A stretch of DNA of 64,000 nt from positions 124,001-188,000 of the forward strand of contig JAHLWZ010000423.1 in NCBI GenBank assembly GCA_020536535.1, read 5' to 3'. A program made the translations under genes and the position numbers. Position 1 is the stretch's first letter. Each line of letters starts with the position of its first letter. The DNA is from Pelomyxa schiedti. Lineage: Eukaryota > Protista > Evosea. Below, piece by piece: positions 39,901 to 51,888 of this stretch. The notes under the pieces were generated by a model, which saw nothing but the letters and a program-made list of their open reading frames with translations, did no database searches and had not been told where the DNA came from.

Positions 39901-42547
39901 ATTAAGGAGTCTCCCATAATCACTTCACCAGAATCTATACCAAGCACAAAGTTGCCTTCTGACCAGAATCTTGCACTTGCGACTACTACTCCGCCAGAAG
40001 TGTCTACACTACAACAACCACTTTCTTCCCCATCAAGAGATACACCTACTTCATCTGAAATTTCTGTGCCCCCTCTGCCATCTGCCACCACCGACCCGAC
40101 ACCCTCTTCCACCACAATTTCCGAACCTCCGCAGCTACCACTTACAGCAGTGACAGAACCCCTGCCAGTGCCCCCTGAAAAGACTACTCCCCCTCCCTCA
40201 GAAACAACTGCAGTGACAGAACCCCTGCCAGTGCCCCCTGTCCCGCCCCCTGCCCCTCAAGCAGCTTCTGTACCTCCTCCTCCTGAAACAACATCTGCCC
40301 CCCCTCCCCCTGAAGTCCCGCCACCTCCAGGTCCCCCGTGTCCACCAGGTCCTCCATGTCCACCTGGCCCTCCAGGTCCACTGGGTCCCCCGGGTCCCCC
40401 AGGTCCCCCAGGCCCACCAGGCCCACCAGGTCTGCGTCGCCCTGTATGTTTGCTTTTCCCTTCCTACAGAAGCCACTCACTGAAGGCAACAACAAAAAAA
40501 AGGCTGCCAACCTTCCTCCTGCTATTGCCGCACTCCAGAAACCCTCTGTTGCTCTGAAAGGCATTCAATGGGTGAAAGTACCTCCTATAGCTCTTCCCAA
40601 AACAGTATGCACCCTTTGTGAACTAGCACTCTCAGTAACATACTATAACAGATATTCTCCACATTGAAAGGTTTTGATGATGTTGTGATACCATATCAAG
40701 AACTCGAAATCAACTTTGCCGCCAAACCAAAAGGAAAAGTAGCTAAAAAAGAAGGCGGATCAAAGAAAAAGGCAAACTTCATTGGACCAGACCTTTCAAA
40801 AAATATATGTATGGCACTGCTATCAGCCTTTTTACCTCCATCTGAAATTTGTTATCAGCAATCCTTTTGCAAGGATACAAAGGATACACACAAGAAGATG
40901 TGATTGACGGAATAAAGGATCTTAACGAGTCTTTGTTCACTGACCCCTCCAAGGCTTGAGCGACATTACTAACACGTTGATTAATCAAAAATATTTCAAC
41001 AGGTCAAAGACATTTCCAAATGCTTCCCCTCAAAAGATGAAGTTAGTTTCTCTTGTACCAGTATCCTCAGTTAAAGGTTGCGTTCAATAGGTTGAAAATA
41101 TCAAGCTTCACCTTGCAGACAATGATGCAAGTACACTTGGACCAACAGATCTATTTGCGTACAACGTGTGATTTAAACCCACATGACTTCTTCTAAGTAT
41201 ATTTGTAGTTAGCAATACTACCACACTCTCAAGAAAAATTGAATGTCCTACTGTTTAAGCTTGAGTTTGGTCCAAAAGTTAAAGATCTTCGAGAGGTATC
41301 TGTCTCTAATTGAAACTCTATTGAAACCAATGCCTATTCAGCACTTCACCATTATACTAGAGGCTTGCAAAGAAGTAAGTGCGACTCCTCATTTCCAAAA
41401 GCTGCTGTGTGTGTTGCTGATGGTGGGCAATTTTGTCAACCACAGTACAGCTCGTGGTGGATGCGCCGCATTCAAGATAGACATTCTTCCTAAGGTTGAC
41501 TCTTCTACCACCGTTTGGTAGTTTAACTGTATTTGTGAAGTTGAAGGAGGTTGCACTGGCTGATGGCAAGCGTAATATGCTGCATGCCCTTTGTTCAGTC
41601 ATCAAAGCCAATAAACTCAATGAATTGTTGGAGATCAAACAAGAAATGCATTTCACTTGCCGAGCCAAGTCTGGTAAATTACCCTGGTGCTCATCATTTC
41701 TAACTGTCCTACATAGTTCCTGCAAGTATTTTTGATGCCGAACTGGCCTCACTTAAGAAGGGAATTGAAGAAACTGAAGCCTTCTTTTCATCAATAAAAA
41801 CTGAAGTCAATGACAAATACCTCATTGCTCTTCCTGTTTGTCCTCCCTCTCTATGATGCAACTTAATTTTCTGCACAGCCTTTCATCACCCTGGCAAAGG
41901 ATGACATGGCACAACTTACAGATATGTACAAGACAGTTAAAGGTGAATACCAACGTATTCTGGTACTATTCGGCGACAACCAAGAGGCGTACCCCCTTCC
42001 GTGTGACTTCTTTGAAGTGTTCTTTAAGTTCTTTGAAGACTTCCAAGTATCTCCACACAAAAAATAAACCCAACAACACACAAATTCTAAACAATACAAA
42101 CATCCCGATACATCAACACCAACCGGACACACAACAACAACAACCACTTCATCGCACCGACGAAATTAAATTGAAACACGGCCCCCTGACCCATGTCATT
42201 TTTAGAAAGCAAGGAAAGAGCAAGAGGACTATGAGGAGCAGGCGGCACGGGAGGCCCGATTTGAGGCGATAAGAGCCCAGAAGGCCAAAGAAAAGGCCAT
42301 TCAGGAGGAGAAGAAAGCCAAGGCACAACAGATCAAGCAGCTCAAGGAAGAAGCAGAGTCACAGGAGCAAGACGAGTTGGTCGATGAGCTGGTTAAGAAC
42401 GTAATGTCTGCAAAGAAGGCCAAGCCAAAAACGGCGGCTCAGAGGAGGCCAATGGTCAATGCTGCTTCCAGGGTTCCAAAAAAGACACTGCAAAATTCTG
42501 CTTCAGCTTCAACCAGTGCTGGGTCACAACCAATGGATTCTCTCTAA
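36969..42547 (+). CDS. Diaphanous-related formin (GBD/FH3, FH1, FH2)
   Basis: VNAMFESLL..KWQMI; LVNVLI..LRIFLRNEL; poly-Pro FH1 at about 39800-40430; FH2 LKGIQWVKV and LLMVGNFVN..RGGCAAFKIDILPKL. Confidence 0.92.
40147..40240. repeat. 31-bp exact direct repeat (63-bp spacing) in the formin FH1 region
   Basis: GCAGTGACAGAACCCCTGCCAGTGCCCCCTG occurs at 40147-40177 and 40210-40240. Confidence 0.9.
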
Positions 42548-42651
42548 TACTGTACAGTGGAAAAAAAAACAAGTTCAGAATAGAATGAATATATTTTTTC
42601 ATAGGAATAGTGCTTCGTGGTGCTAAAATTTACATACAATGCATAGGCACA

Positions 42652-45600
42652 TCAGTGCCAAGTCAGAAACCACACTTTGATTGTGCCGTGGCAGAGGGCC
42701 AGAAGAAAGCTGTGGTTTGAAGAAGCTGAATCAGGGAGGATGGTGCAGTATCTAACTGTTGTATTCCGGCCGGCTCTTATGCAGACGAAAACCTCGTTGG
42801 ATACTGGGTCCAATAGGTGTATGATTCCTTCCTCGTACCACACAATCATTACAGGGAGGTCAGTGCTGGTAAGCTGTCCCGTCAGGTCTACGATGGTAAG
42901 CCCACGTGGTTTGGCATCCAACGGAGCTACAAGGGGCGGTGAAAGGGTGATGTTGTGGGTGGTTTTGCTCCCTGTAATGAGAGTAGTAGGTTTCCATAGA
43001 ACATCTTTGCGCGACAATGTGAACTTGATTATGTTGGATGTGCACTTGCCAATCAAAATGACAGGAGTACCGCTGGTGGCAGAGGGTGTGGTGTGTACAA
43101 CCTCTAGCTGGGTTGGTATCTCGCCGCTGGGGAACGGAACCAGGATGTGCAGTTCCAGTGTTGTGAGGTCGAAAAGGCAGCACCCAGTGTTTGTTGCCAT
43201 AATCACTTGATCGTCAAAATATACCATTGAAAATACTTTGCACTTCAAGTTTACTTGGTGAAGGAGCTTTACATTACAAAGTGTGTTCAATCCCTCCAGA
43301 ACTGAAAACACTTCAAACAGTGAAAGTAGTCCTTCTTCGTTGCAATCACACACAGAGTTCGACCCATAGGCAATAAGGCCTACAATTGGTGAAAAGCCTC
43401 GATCTTCCTACAAGAGAAATACAGTTAAGTTTGTCCTTGGTGGAAGGTGTTACCTTAGCCCAGGACTGATTCCCAAGGAGGTCAAATGCACAAGTTCGAC
43501 CTTCATTTGTTCCACAGAAAAAGATGTTGTTCATGCATACCATGCAAGTAGCTTTTTCTTTTTTTGTCTTCAATCTGAGTTCCACAACAACTTCCTTCAG
43601 TGAACAAAAATAGGGGTCTATTTTGCAGTCCACTACGCAGAGGCTGCCAGTTGCTGCACACAAGAGACGCCTTTCATCGATTCGGTACATTTTTTCCCAT
43701 TCTGTGGAAGGGAGTAGATCAAAGGTAGCCACGGGTTCTGCTTCAACTGTGGGCTGTGAGATATTACTATCTGGATTCTCCATTCCCATTCTCAGAAGTG
43801 GTATCAAGTGCCCGCATTTTATTCGTTTTTCAGGTTCAAACTGCCAGCAATAATCGAGTGCCTTTCTTTCGAAGGATTTTAGCATACAGCACGTGCAAAT
43901 GGGCTTATGATTCGGCTCAAAATGTCCTATATCAGATATGGAGTGGTGTGATCTACCAGGAACTTTTCGGCAGGTAGGGATAGATGGCTTCACCGTGCCA
44001 TTTGCAATGGCTTCTCTCACCCTGATGAGATCTTGGACTGGCACCTCCCGACGATAAGAGGAGAAATAAGGATCGTCAAGAAGATGGTCGTAGGGCTTTG
44101 TGAAAGGATCCATAACAAATCTGAAAATCATCCCGTAGTTCCAGACATCTGCTGGTGTCCCATACGGCTTATGTGCTAATACTTCTGGTGCAAAAGATAT
44201 ATCCTGCCGAGAACCCATGGTTGCCTAAAAGGGAATGAGAAATGGCACCAAGAAAGACAATTACAAAAGCATTTCCTTCCCGGTGTGCGAGTTCAAAATC
44301 GATAATCTTCTCTAATTAGAAAAAGATACAAATAAAATAAATGGAAACCTTGGCATGTGGACCTTCATCTCTGAGATCAAGGGAAACAATACACACGTTT
44401 CCTTAAGTGCCAAATTAAGAGTTCAAATGAACGAAAAGGAATTGGAAATACCCGAGTGCAAGTCTGCGTGAACTATAGATGGTACTTGGGCATGCAGGTG
44501 ATTTAGACCCTGTGCTATATCCAGTAAGATTTTCCAACGCAACTCACGGGACAAGACGGCGTCAAATGATTTACGTTGCTCACATAAGTTCCCCACCAAT
44601 GTCTGCTTTATAGTGCTTAGCATGGTGCCAAGGTCAGATCTCAGGAAATTAATGACAAATTTCGGAGGTTTTATATGCTCCACACATAAAATGAATGTCT
44701 TGTTGTGATAGCGGATGCCACATGTTTGTGCTATATTTGGATGCTCTGGTATTGCTTCGATGATGAAAGGGCTATACAGCAACTGCTGTAAGACAGACAA
44801 TGAATCCCCCTGGAATTTTTTTACTGTGAAGTCTGCATCATAATGTGATGGTAGTGATGTTGCAAGACTGGTACTGTGCTTTTCAACTTGTCGATGTGTG
44901 TCAATTTTTTTATGTTGCAGGTACAAGAGCTCCGGGACTAAATCCTCAATGAGTACTCCTGCCCCATCAATCCCACATCTGATTTCATAGTTCCCTTCAA
45001 GCCACCTGTCGATGCACTTCCTCAATGACCAATAGTTCACAGGGAGAAGGTTAGAATCCACTGCACTATAGTACATGAAGTGGGAATCTCTTTTCAAACA
45101 GTTTGGACAAGGTACCCACTGTTTGGGAGGCTTGTTTGCTGTACAAGCCGTCACAGAAAACACAGTTAGCACTAATTTCATGAGGAGGGAAGAGGGAAAA
45201 TGTTCAGACAGGCTCTTCACACTAATAAAAATCCTCTTTTTCTCTGGTATGAGGCAAACAAGAGCTTTTTCATTGGGACTCTCAGAGTGTACAATAACTC
45301 CATATTTCCATACAGCATCGTGGAGTACTCCCTCAGTTTTTAAAATGCATACAATGACTTGCTGGAATAAATCTAGCATATCAGATTCTAATTCAAACAA
45401 CCTTCCACAGTGTATGCTGCAGTCCAAATCAAAGCAAGAAAGAGGTGGATCTGAGCGAAAAAGCTCTGGCATAGCATAATTGTCCAAGCTTATCTTGTGG
45501 GTGATTTGGCAAGCACCAAGAAGGTGAATGATCTGATCAGCTGTCAAGCCAAACCGCTTTGGAATCACCAAATGATGTGCATCAAAAAAACCTTCGTTGC

Positions 45601-48600
45601 CCATGTTCAAACTGATTAGTTCATGTATCAGCTCACTTAACCACCTTGGCTTTAGCACGACGAACTGTTTCTTTTCTTTGTCCACATAATGTCGCCTTGT
45701 TTCTAAGTACATGATATACCCAGAGTCGACAAGAAAATCCCTGAAATGCTCTTCCTCTCCTGGGAGGAAGTCCCAGCCGCTACACAGATCTCTGAATTCT
45801 CCCCATTCCATGACTTGCTTCTCATTCATTGAGAGTTGTCGCACGCCAATTTCCCAGGACAAAGGAATGTGTACAAGGGTATCTGGAAAAGCATTTTCCA
45901 GGCGATTGACAAGTGTATCCATCCCCATCAAAGCGTCACTGGGTCGGCCATTTCTGTCAATTTCAGAGACTTTTTTGGATTTGACATTACATATGAACAC
46001 CAAAGAGATTCGAAGGATGTGACGTCTCACAAGGGGAAAAATGCTTGTAGCTTCTTGGCTGGGAAGCAAACTGCTAGATGATATTCCAATAAAAACAGTA
46101 GTTGTTGTCAAGCTTCTTAGGCATTGCTCCATGGAATGATATTCGGATTGATTTGACAAATCACAAACGCACACCAACGCAGTAGAATTTGTTCCACTCA
46201 AAAATAAGTGGCTCCACCGCAAACCTTGAAAACCTTCACACCATTAGTGTGCTTAACGTGGAAAACAAAGTATACCAAAATCCCACAAATTCCATAGCCA
46301 CTTGGAGCCTGTTATGTGGCACTGTTCGTGCACTAATAAATCTTCCTCTCTACAGGAGATGGGAGGTCCCGCTGCGCCTTGAATTGCTCTGAAAAACTTT
46401 ATCTTCGTTGCAGTGCTCCCAATGACATTCATTTTCCTGGTATTATTTAATGCAGAAGGCTCACGAACGAAATATTTCAACTTGGGCCACGGCAGGTTTG
46501 TTGGCACAGAATTGGGCAACGGATTATTTTTGATTAATACAGACGTGATGCCTGCAAGCCAAGGTGGTAACAAACGAAGTTCGTTTGTTCGAAGATCGAG
46601 TTCCTTGAATTTGAAGGGGTAATCCGTTGAAGCCAAGTCAATATTGCTGAGACTGAGATGTGACAAGTCGAGTTTGGCTACTCGGGAATCAAACCACAGC
46701 AGAGGTTCTGTATTTCCTTGGGCAACAGAGCGTCTGACGAAATTGTGTGCTACACGATTAAGTAAATTTGAACCCCTATCCTCCAAGTGCACCATGACAT
46801 GTTGGAGAAGAGAGACATGAGGCTTTGAAACTTGTTCCACAGGAGACATTAGTATTGCATGTGCTAACAGCAATGCAGCTTTGTGATCAGGCACTTGCGG
46901 AAATCCCTTTATTAATGGGAGGAGAGAGTATTTTCCATGCTCCCTAAAAATCTCTTGATGGGTTTGTAGTAGGTCTATAATATGTATGCTTCCAACGGGA
47001 TCAGCTGTAAGAAGGAAGGTTGTAAAAAGGTGTTCCCAACTTTCTTGGCAGTGAGGCAAATCACAGTTGAAGTAGTTCCCATCGGGAATAGATAGAGCGA
47101 GCTTGGATAGGGGCCTCGAAAAGGAGCCCATGATAGGGTCCAAGTCTGTAGTTATTGAGAAGAGAGGCTTAGAATTTCAAGTTAGAACCGTACCACTGTC
47201 TTGGAGACAGCGTTGTATTTGAAGAAGAGAGGCTAGGGATAGATTTCCTGTAGGAAAGTTATGAAACAAAATCTACCATTCTTGAACCTTGAAGACTTAA
47301 AAAACGGAGTGTAACATTTTTTTGCAGGTAGCTGGAGGCACTATTGACAAGAAGATTGGACAATCCAGTTTCTGTAAAGGTTAATAAGAAATTACAGTAT
47401 TGCACATACGCCCAATATCAAGACATGTGAGTGAAGTGTTCACCACCAAGGCATGGAAAAGAAACGCTGCACCCTCATTACCAATAATGTTTCCTTGGAA
47501 AAAACTCAATGAAAAGCAATAACTTGAAGAAGAGAACCTCTCAGATTGAGAGACAGGAGGTGGGAATTGTAAATAAGACTTTGCGCAATTTTTTCTGCCC
47601 CTGGTACCTGAATTTTGTTCCCTTTGTTACTACATTAGTACTCTATGTAAAAGTTCTGAAACAACCATGTAGATCTAATGTGGTTAATGAGGTATTTATC
47701 TTCAGGGCAGATGCAAGTTTCTCTGCTACTCTGTCGGCAATTTCCGAATCTAAAATCACGCTACTCAACTAATATTTTCAAGGAAAAGAAAAGTACTTGG
47801 CAAAATTAATGCCACAAGAGTGCAGGAGGGTTGCATCAGGAATTTGCGAGTATCTCGAATGAAGTGTTCAGGAAGAGAATCTGTGATAACTAAGACACAG
47901 AATTTAGGCAATGAAACAACCAGAGTTTACTTTAAGTCTTCCTTCTGTGAATTCTGGCAATTTTCTTTTATCATTTCCCTCAAATAAGGTAGTATACTCA
48001 GCACCGTTGCGTAGGAGGAGTAAAAGACACTGGAACTGTGATTCGCTGAGAGATTTCTGCAGATTGATGTTTGATTTCAAAAACAGTGCACGAAGGGTAC
48101 ATCAAGGCAATCGGATAGAACTGGAGCTGCCCCATGCTCTAGTAGTAAAGAGACACATTCGGTGTGGCTGTATCTAACAGCTAAGTCTAGTGCTGTCTTT
48201 TCAAAGTCAGGAATGAAAGAGATTGAGGAAAGAGACTTGTCCATTCTGTTGTCTCCATTAGGCTTGTTTGATAGTGTTTTGAACTACATACATTCTAAAA
48301 TAGGAGCAGATGTATTTTAGCAAAGTAAAGCAGTTAGACAGGTTTTTGGTAGAAATGAGACATACAGTCTAAATACCATATTAAAAGAGCAAAAGGGAGG
48401 TCGGGTAAAGAATACCACAAGGTTCAGCTGGGCTCCAGCTTGTAGAAGCAACGCCAGAACCTGGAAATAGCCCTTGAAAGCAGCATAGTGAAGTGGAGTC
48501 TATGTATCGTTAGTACTCACAAAAAGGATGCCGAGAGCATACACAATTCTAGGTACAGTCATTAATAAGATGAGGGTATTCAGTTACCATATTCTGTAAA

Positions 48601-50217
48601 TTTTCAAATAGTTATTACTCATGAGAAGAGTGCAACCAAAGGGGAAAATAATTTACGTACATCCTATTTGGAAGTTAGAAGAATGGAAGGAAACAGGGAG
48701 CCACCTGTGGATCTAACTGGATACCACTAAGTTTGGTCATATTGTAACAACAACTCAATTGGTTATATAAAGCACAGTAGTGCAATGGAGTCTTGTGGCA
48801 TGTTAAAATAAAGGATGATAACAAAAGTGCTCACTTGCTGCATTATTAACAGATAGTTTCATTCTACTGTTAGAATATGAGAAAAGAACATTAGAAGTCA
48901 CCTTATGTTTCTTTCAGAAATTAGACAAATAACAGAAAGAAGAGAGGGAGGCGTACATCCTGATAAGGGAAATAGGTCAGTTTCTATAAATTTTGCTTAA
49001 CCATACCATGGTATTAACATCGGGATTTTTGGATGCCAAGAGTGGTATTAAAGATGAAGTTCCTTGCTTAACAGCATAATGGAGAGGAGTCTAAGGATAA
49101 AGTGAGACAAAGTCATTTTGCTCTCCGATACCATCTGGCAGGAGGAACAATATACACAAGTGTGTTAAAAATGAAGGTAAAGAAAGCAATGCATACCCCC
49201 TTGACAAAAAAAAAAAAAAGTGAGTGGAATACCACTGGAGAACGAACTTACTTCCTAGAAAGTGCATGGAGGCAAAGGGAGCACAATGACATTTAGCAAT
49301 GGTGAGAGTAAAAGGGAGATAACCTCCTTGATTTCTTAAGTTAAAAAAACCAAAAAAAAGGGGCATGCCTACATCCTAGTAACAGGTTACATTTGTTTTT
49401 AGAGTGGGATAGGGTGTTACTTTTTCATTCACATCAGAAGTGGAAACAAATTTCATAACTGTATCCAAATCCCCGTGTTCAATGATCTTGTGTAATGTAA
49501 TCGTCTAGAGCAAGGTGAGAACTTCATCTCAACAAAGAGGATGAAACAAACAGGTTGGTTTTTAAGCACTGTGTCCCACATCATGTCTCTCTTATCAGGG
49601 TCCACAACTACACCTCTTCCATCATAGTACTTATACTGCCTGTGACCTCCACCCGGCGGCCGTGGTTGCACTTTCCCTGCAGGATCTGGTTGCTGCGGTT
49701 CTAACTGTGGCTGAAGTTGTTGTGCTGGTGGTGGTGGCGGCGGCGGTGGCGGTGGCGGCGGCGGCGGCGGCGGTGGTGGCGATTCAAGTTGTGGTGGTGA
49801 CTGCGTCGGAAGTACCCGAGCCAGAAGCCCTGATACAGCACCACGTACTCCCTGAAATATTTTGTTGCCGCCACTGGCGTTCACCGACCCACTTGGAGTC
49901 ACAATGTCCCCCCCGCCGCTGCCACCGTTGCCCGTGCTCTCGACGGCACTCTTACTCAAACCACTCTTGATCCCACTCGCACTCGCACTCGCACTCGCAC
50001 CCGCGGCTCCTCCTTTCCCAGTCCCACATAGTGCGGTGGCTTGGCTGCGCGTGTACAAGGTCTCGAGGTTGTCGACTACCTGCCAGTCGTTGGCGCCCTG
50101 CACGACTACGTTGACCTTGCTTCCCACCTTGCCCTTCACCTGGCACCCAACAATGACCGCCACCTCTTCCCCACTGCCGTCGCTCTCTTCTACTTGTTGC
50201 AGCGATACTGCCGCCAT
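42652..50217 (-). CDS. ROCO-family protein: ankyrin repeats, LRR, degenerate ROC, COR, kinase and beta-propeller-like tail
   Basis: Ankyrin TPLHY motifs near 49090, 48790 and 48500; LRR LDLSHLSL/LDLRTNELRLLPPWL; LWDFG; COR VVLKPRWLSEL and VWKYGV; kinase LDIAQGLNHLH..IVHADLH and APEVL..ADVWNYGM. Linkage of the 5' exons is inferred. Confidence 0.8.
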
Positions 50218-50362
50218 GGTCCCGCCGCTGTAAACAGCAGGCCAGCAATACAAGAAAAAAAAAAAAAAAAAAAGAAGATTTTCTGTGCAAGAAATTTGAA
50301 TGACTGTTGGGTAAGTCCAAGCACTTGGTTTGGCTAGTTTTGTGGTAGGCTAGGGTTTGCGT

Positions 50363-51665
50363 TCAGTCTATTTTTACTTGTTCTAAATGCCTGAGGTACA
50401 CATCCAAACCCAGCATGGGGGCAACATACCCAAACATGTTGAGAGTGAGAACCGCAATGACCCACCACTGAGAGCGGGAAACAAAAGTCCCTCCACCGCA
50501 CCCTTTCTGCACAGCCAGAGCTACCAGGCCCCCCTCAGGTTCAATCACAGAATTCTTGCCAACCGTTGTCTTGTAGCAGAGCCTCATGGCCTCGTCTGCA
50601 GTTGTCATAAACACCCTTACCCCAGAGCAGAGAGGAACTCGCCATTCCGTAAGACAAGCATCACAATCGGTACCCCTGCATGGAGCGTTAATGGAGGGTG
50701 AAACTAAAACAGTGTACGACCTCCCAGCAATTCTGCAGACCGCATAAAAGTTGGGAAGCTGGAGCCCGCTCATCACTAGCGGTGCTGCACACCAATGTTC
50801 GTAGACGTCATTTGAATAGGTCATGTTATCAAGGTCCACAGTTGCTTTGTTCGGTCCAAATTCGTATACAAGGCGATGCGGAACAGGCGATGGGGGTGAC
50901 ACACGGCCCTGTGAGGAGATTAGACAGGTAGCGAATGAGAAATATGTGGGTACATACTGTAGAAGAGTCAACACCAACTCGATGCACTCCCCACACCAGG
51001 GTGGAAACCCAAGGTGCAGTCTGCATTCCCAACAGCACAGAAGACACTACCATCACCAGTGCCCCAAGTACAACACACGCCACGCAGTACCACTTGCTTG
51101 CAGAGTCAAACCGGAAGTTTCCAATGTCCGGCACAGCCGCAGCGGTGGGAGAAGCAGGCTGTCCCCCAGATTGCTGTAGCCGCTTCTTCCATGCCCTCAT
51201 ATACAACCACTTTGCCGTCAGTCCCAGAACAGGGAACCCCAGCATGCTACTGAGCAAGACATGAGGAACGTTGCCCAGCATGTCATACGTCACGCTCAAC
51301 CACACTCCAATGCACCACATCAGGCACTCCCACAATCCAATCAGCACGGCAAGCCCAACAGCCACGCAACTCCTCACCCCGCGTTGCTGTTGCTGCCTCG
51401 CCAAAGTAGCTGCCATTCTTGGTGATGGAACTGGAGATGGCGCCGACGGAGATTCCACTGCTTCAGGCGACGGTGCCGTCGATGTGGGAATAGGATCGAG
51501 ATCTGTTGAAGTCGTTCTTGTGTCGTTCATTGGGGTGTCAACGCCCTCATCGTGAGATTCGTCAAGTAACTGTGATGAAGGAGCCGCCGCCGCACTGGAA
51601 CGTACTACTGATGAAGTTGTTAACACAGAAACAGTTTGGTTATCAACTGCGTTTTGGTCATCCAT
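50363..51665 (-). CDS. Multi-pass membrane protein of unknown function (2 exons)
   Basis: ORFs 50829-51665 and 50363-50977 join by a GT-AG intron (VDSST|GRVSPP); about 4 hydrophobic segments; Cys-rich loop. Confidence 0.65.
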
Positions 51666-51888
51666 CTCGTAACTAGTTGCACAACAACACGCTCTGCACT
51701 CCTCTTGTTTATTTACACAGTATGAATAAGAGATCTTGGCATAACAGAGGCAGCAGGGGAAAAAAAGCGCATGTGTCTACTTTACATCATCTCCTCCTTT
51801 CGAAAGGCAAAAAATAAGCAAAAAAAAGTAGAAATAGAATGACAGGAAATAGAATAGATCGGCTAAGTCTGTGTTGGAATTGAGGAAC

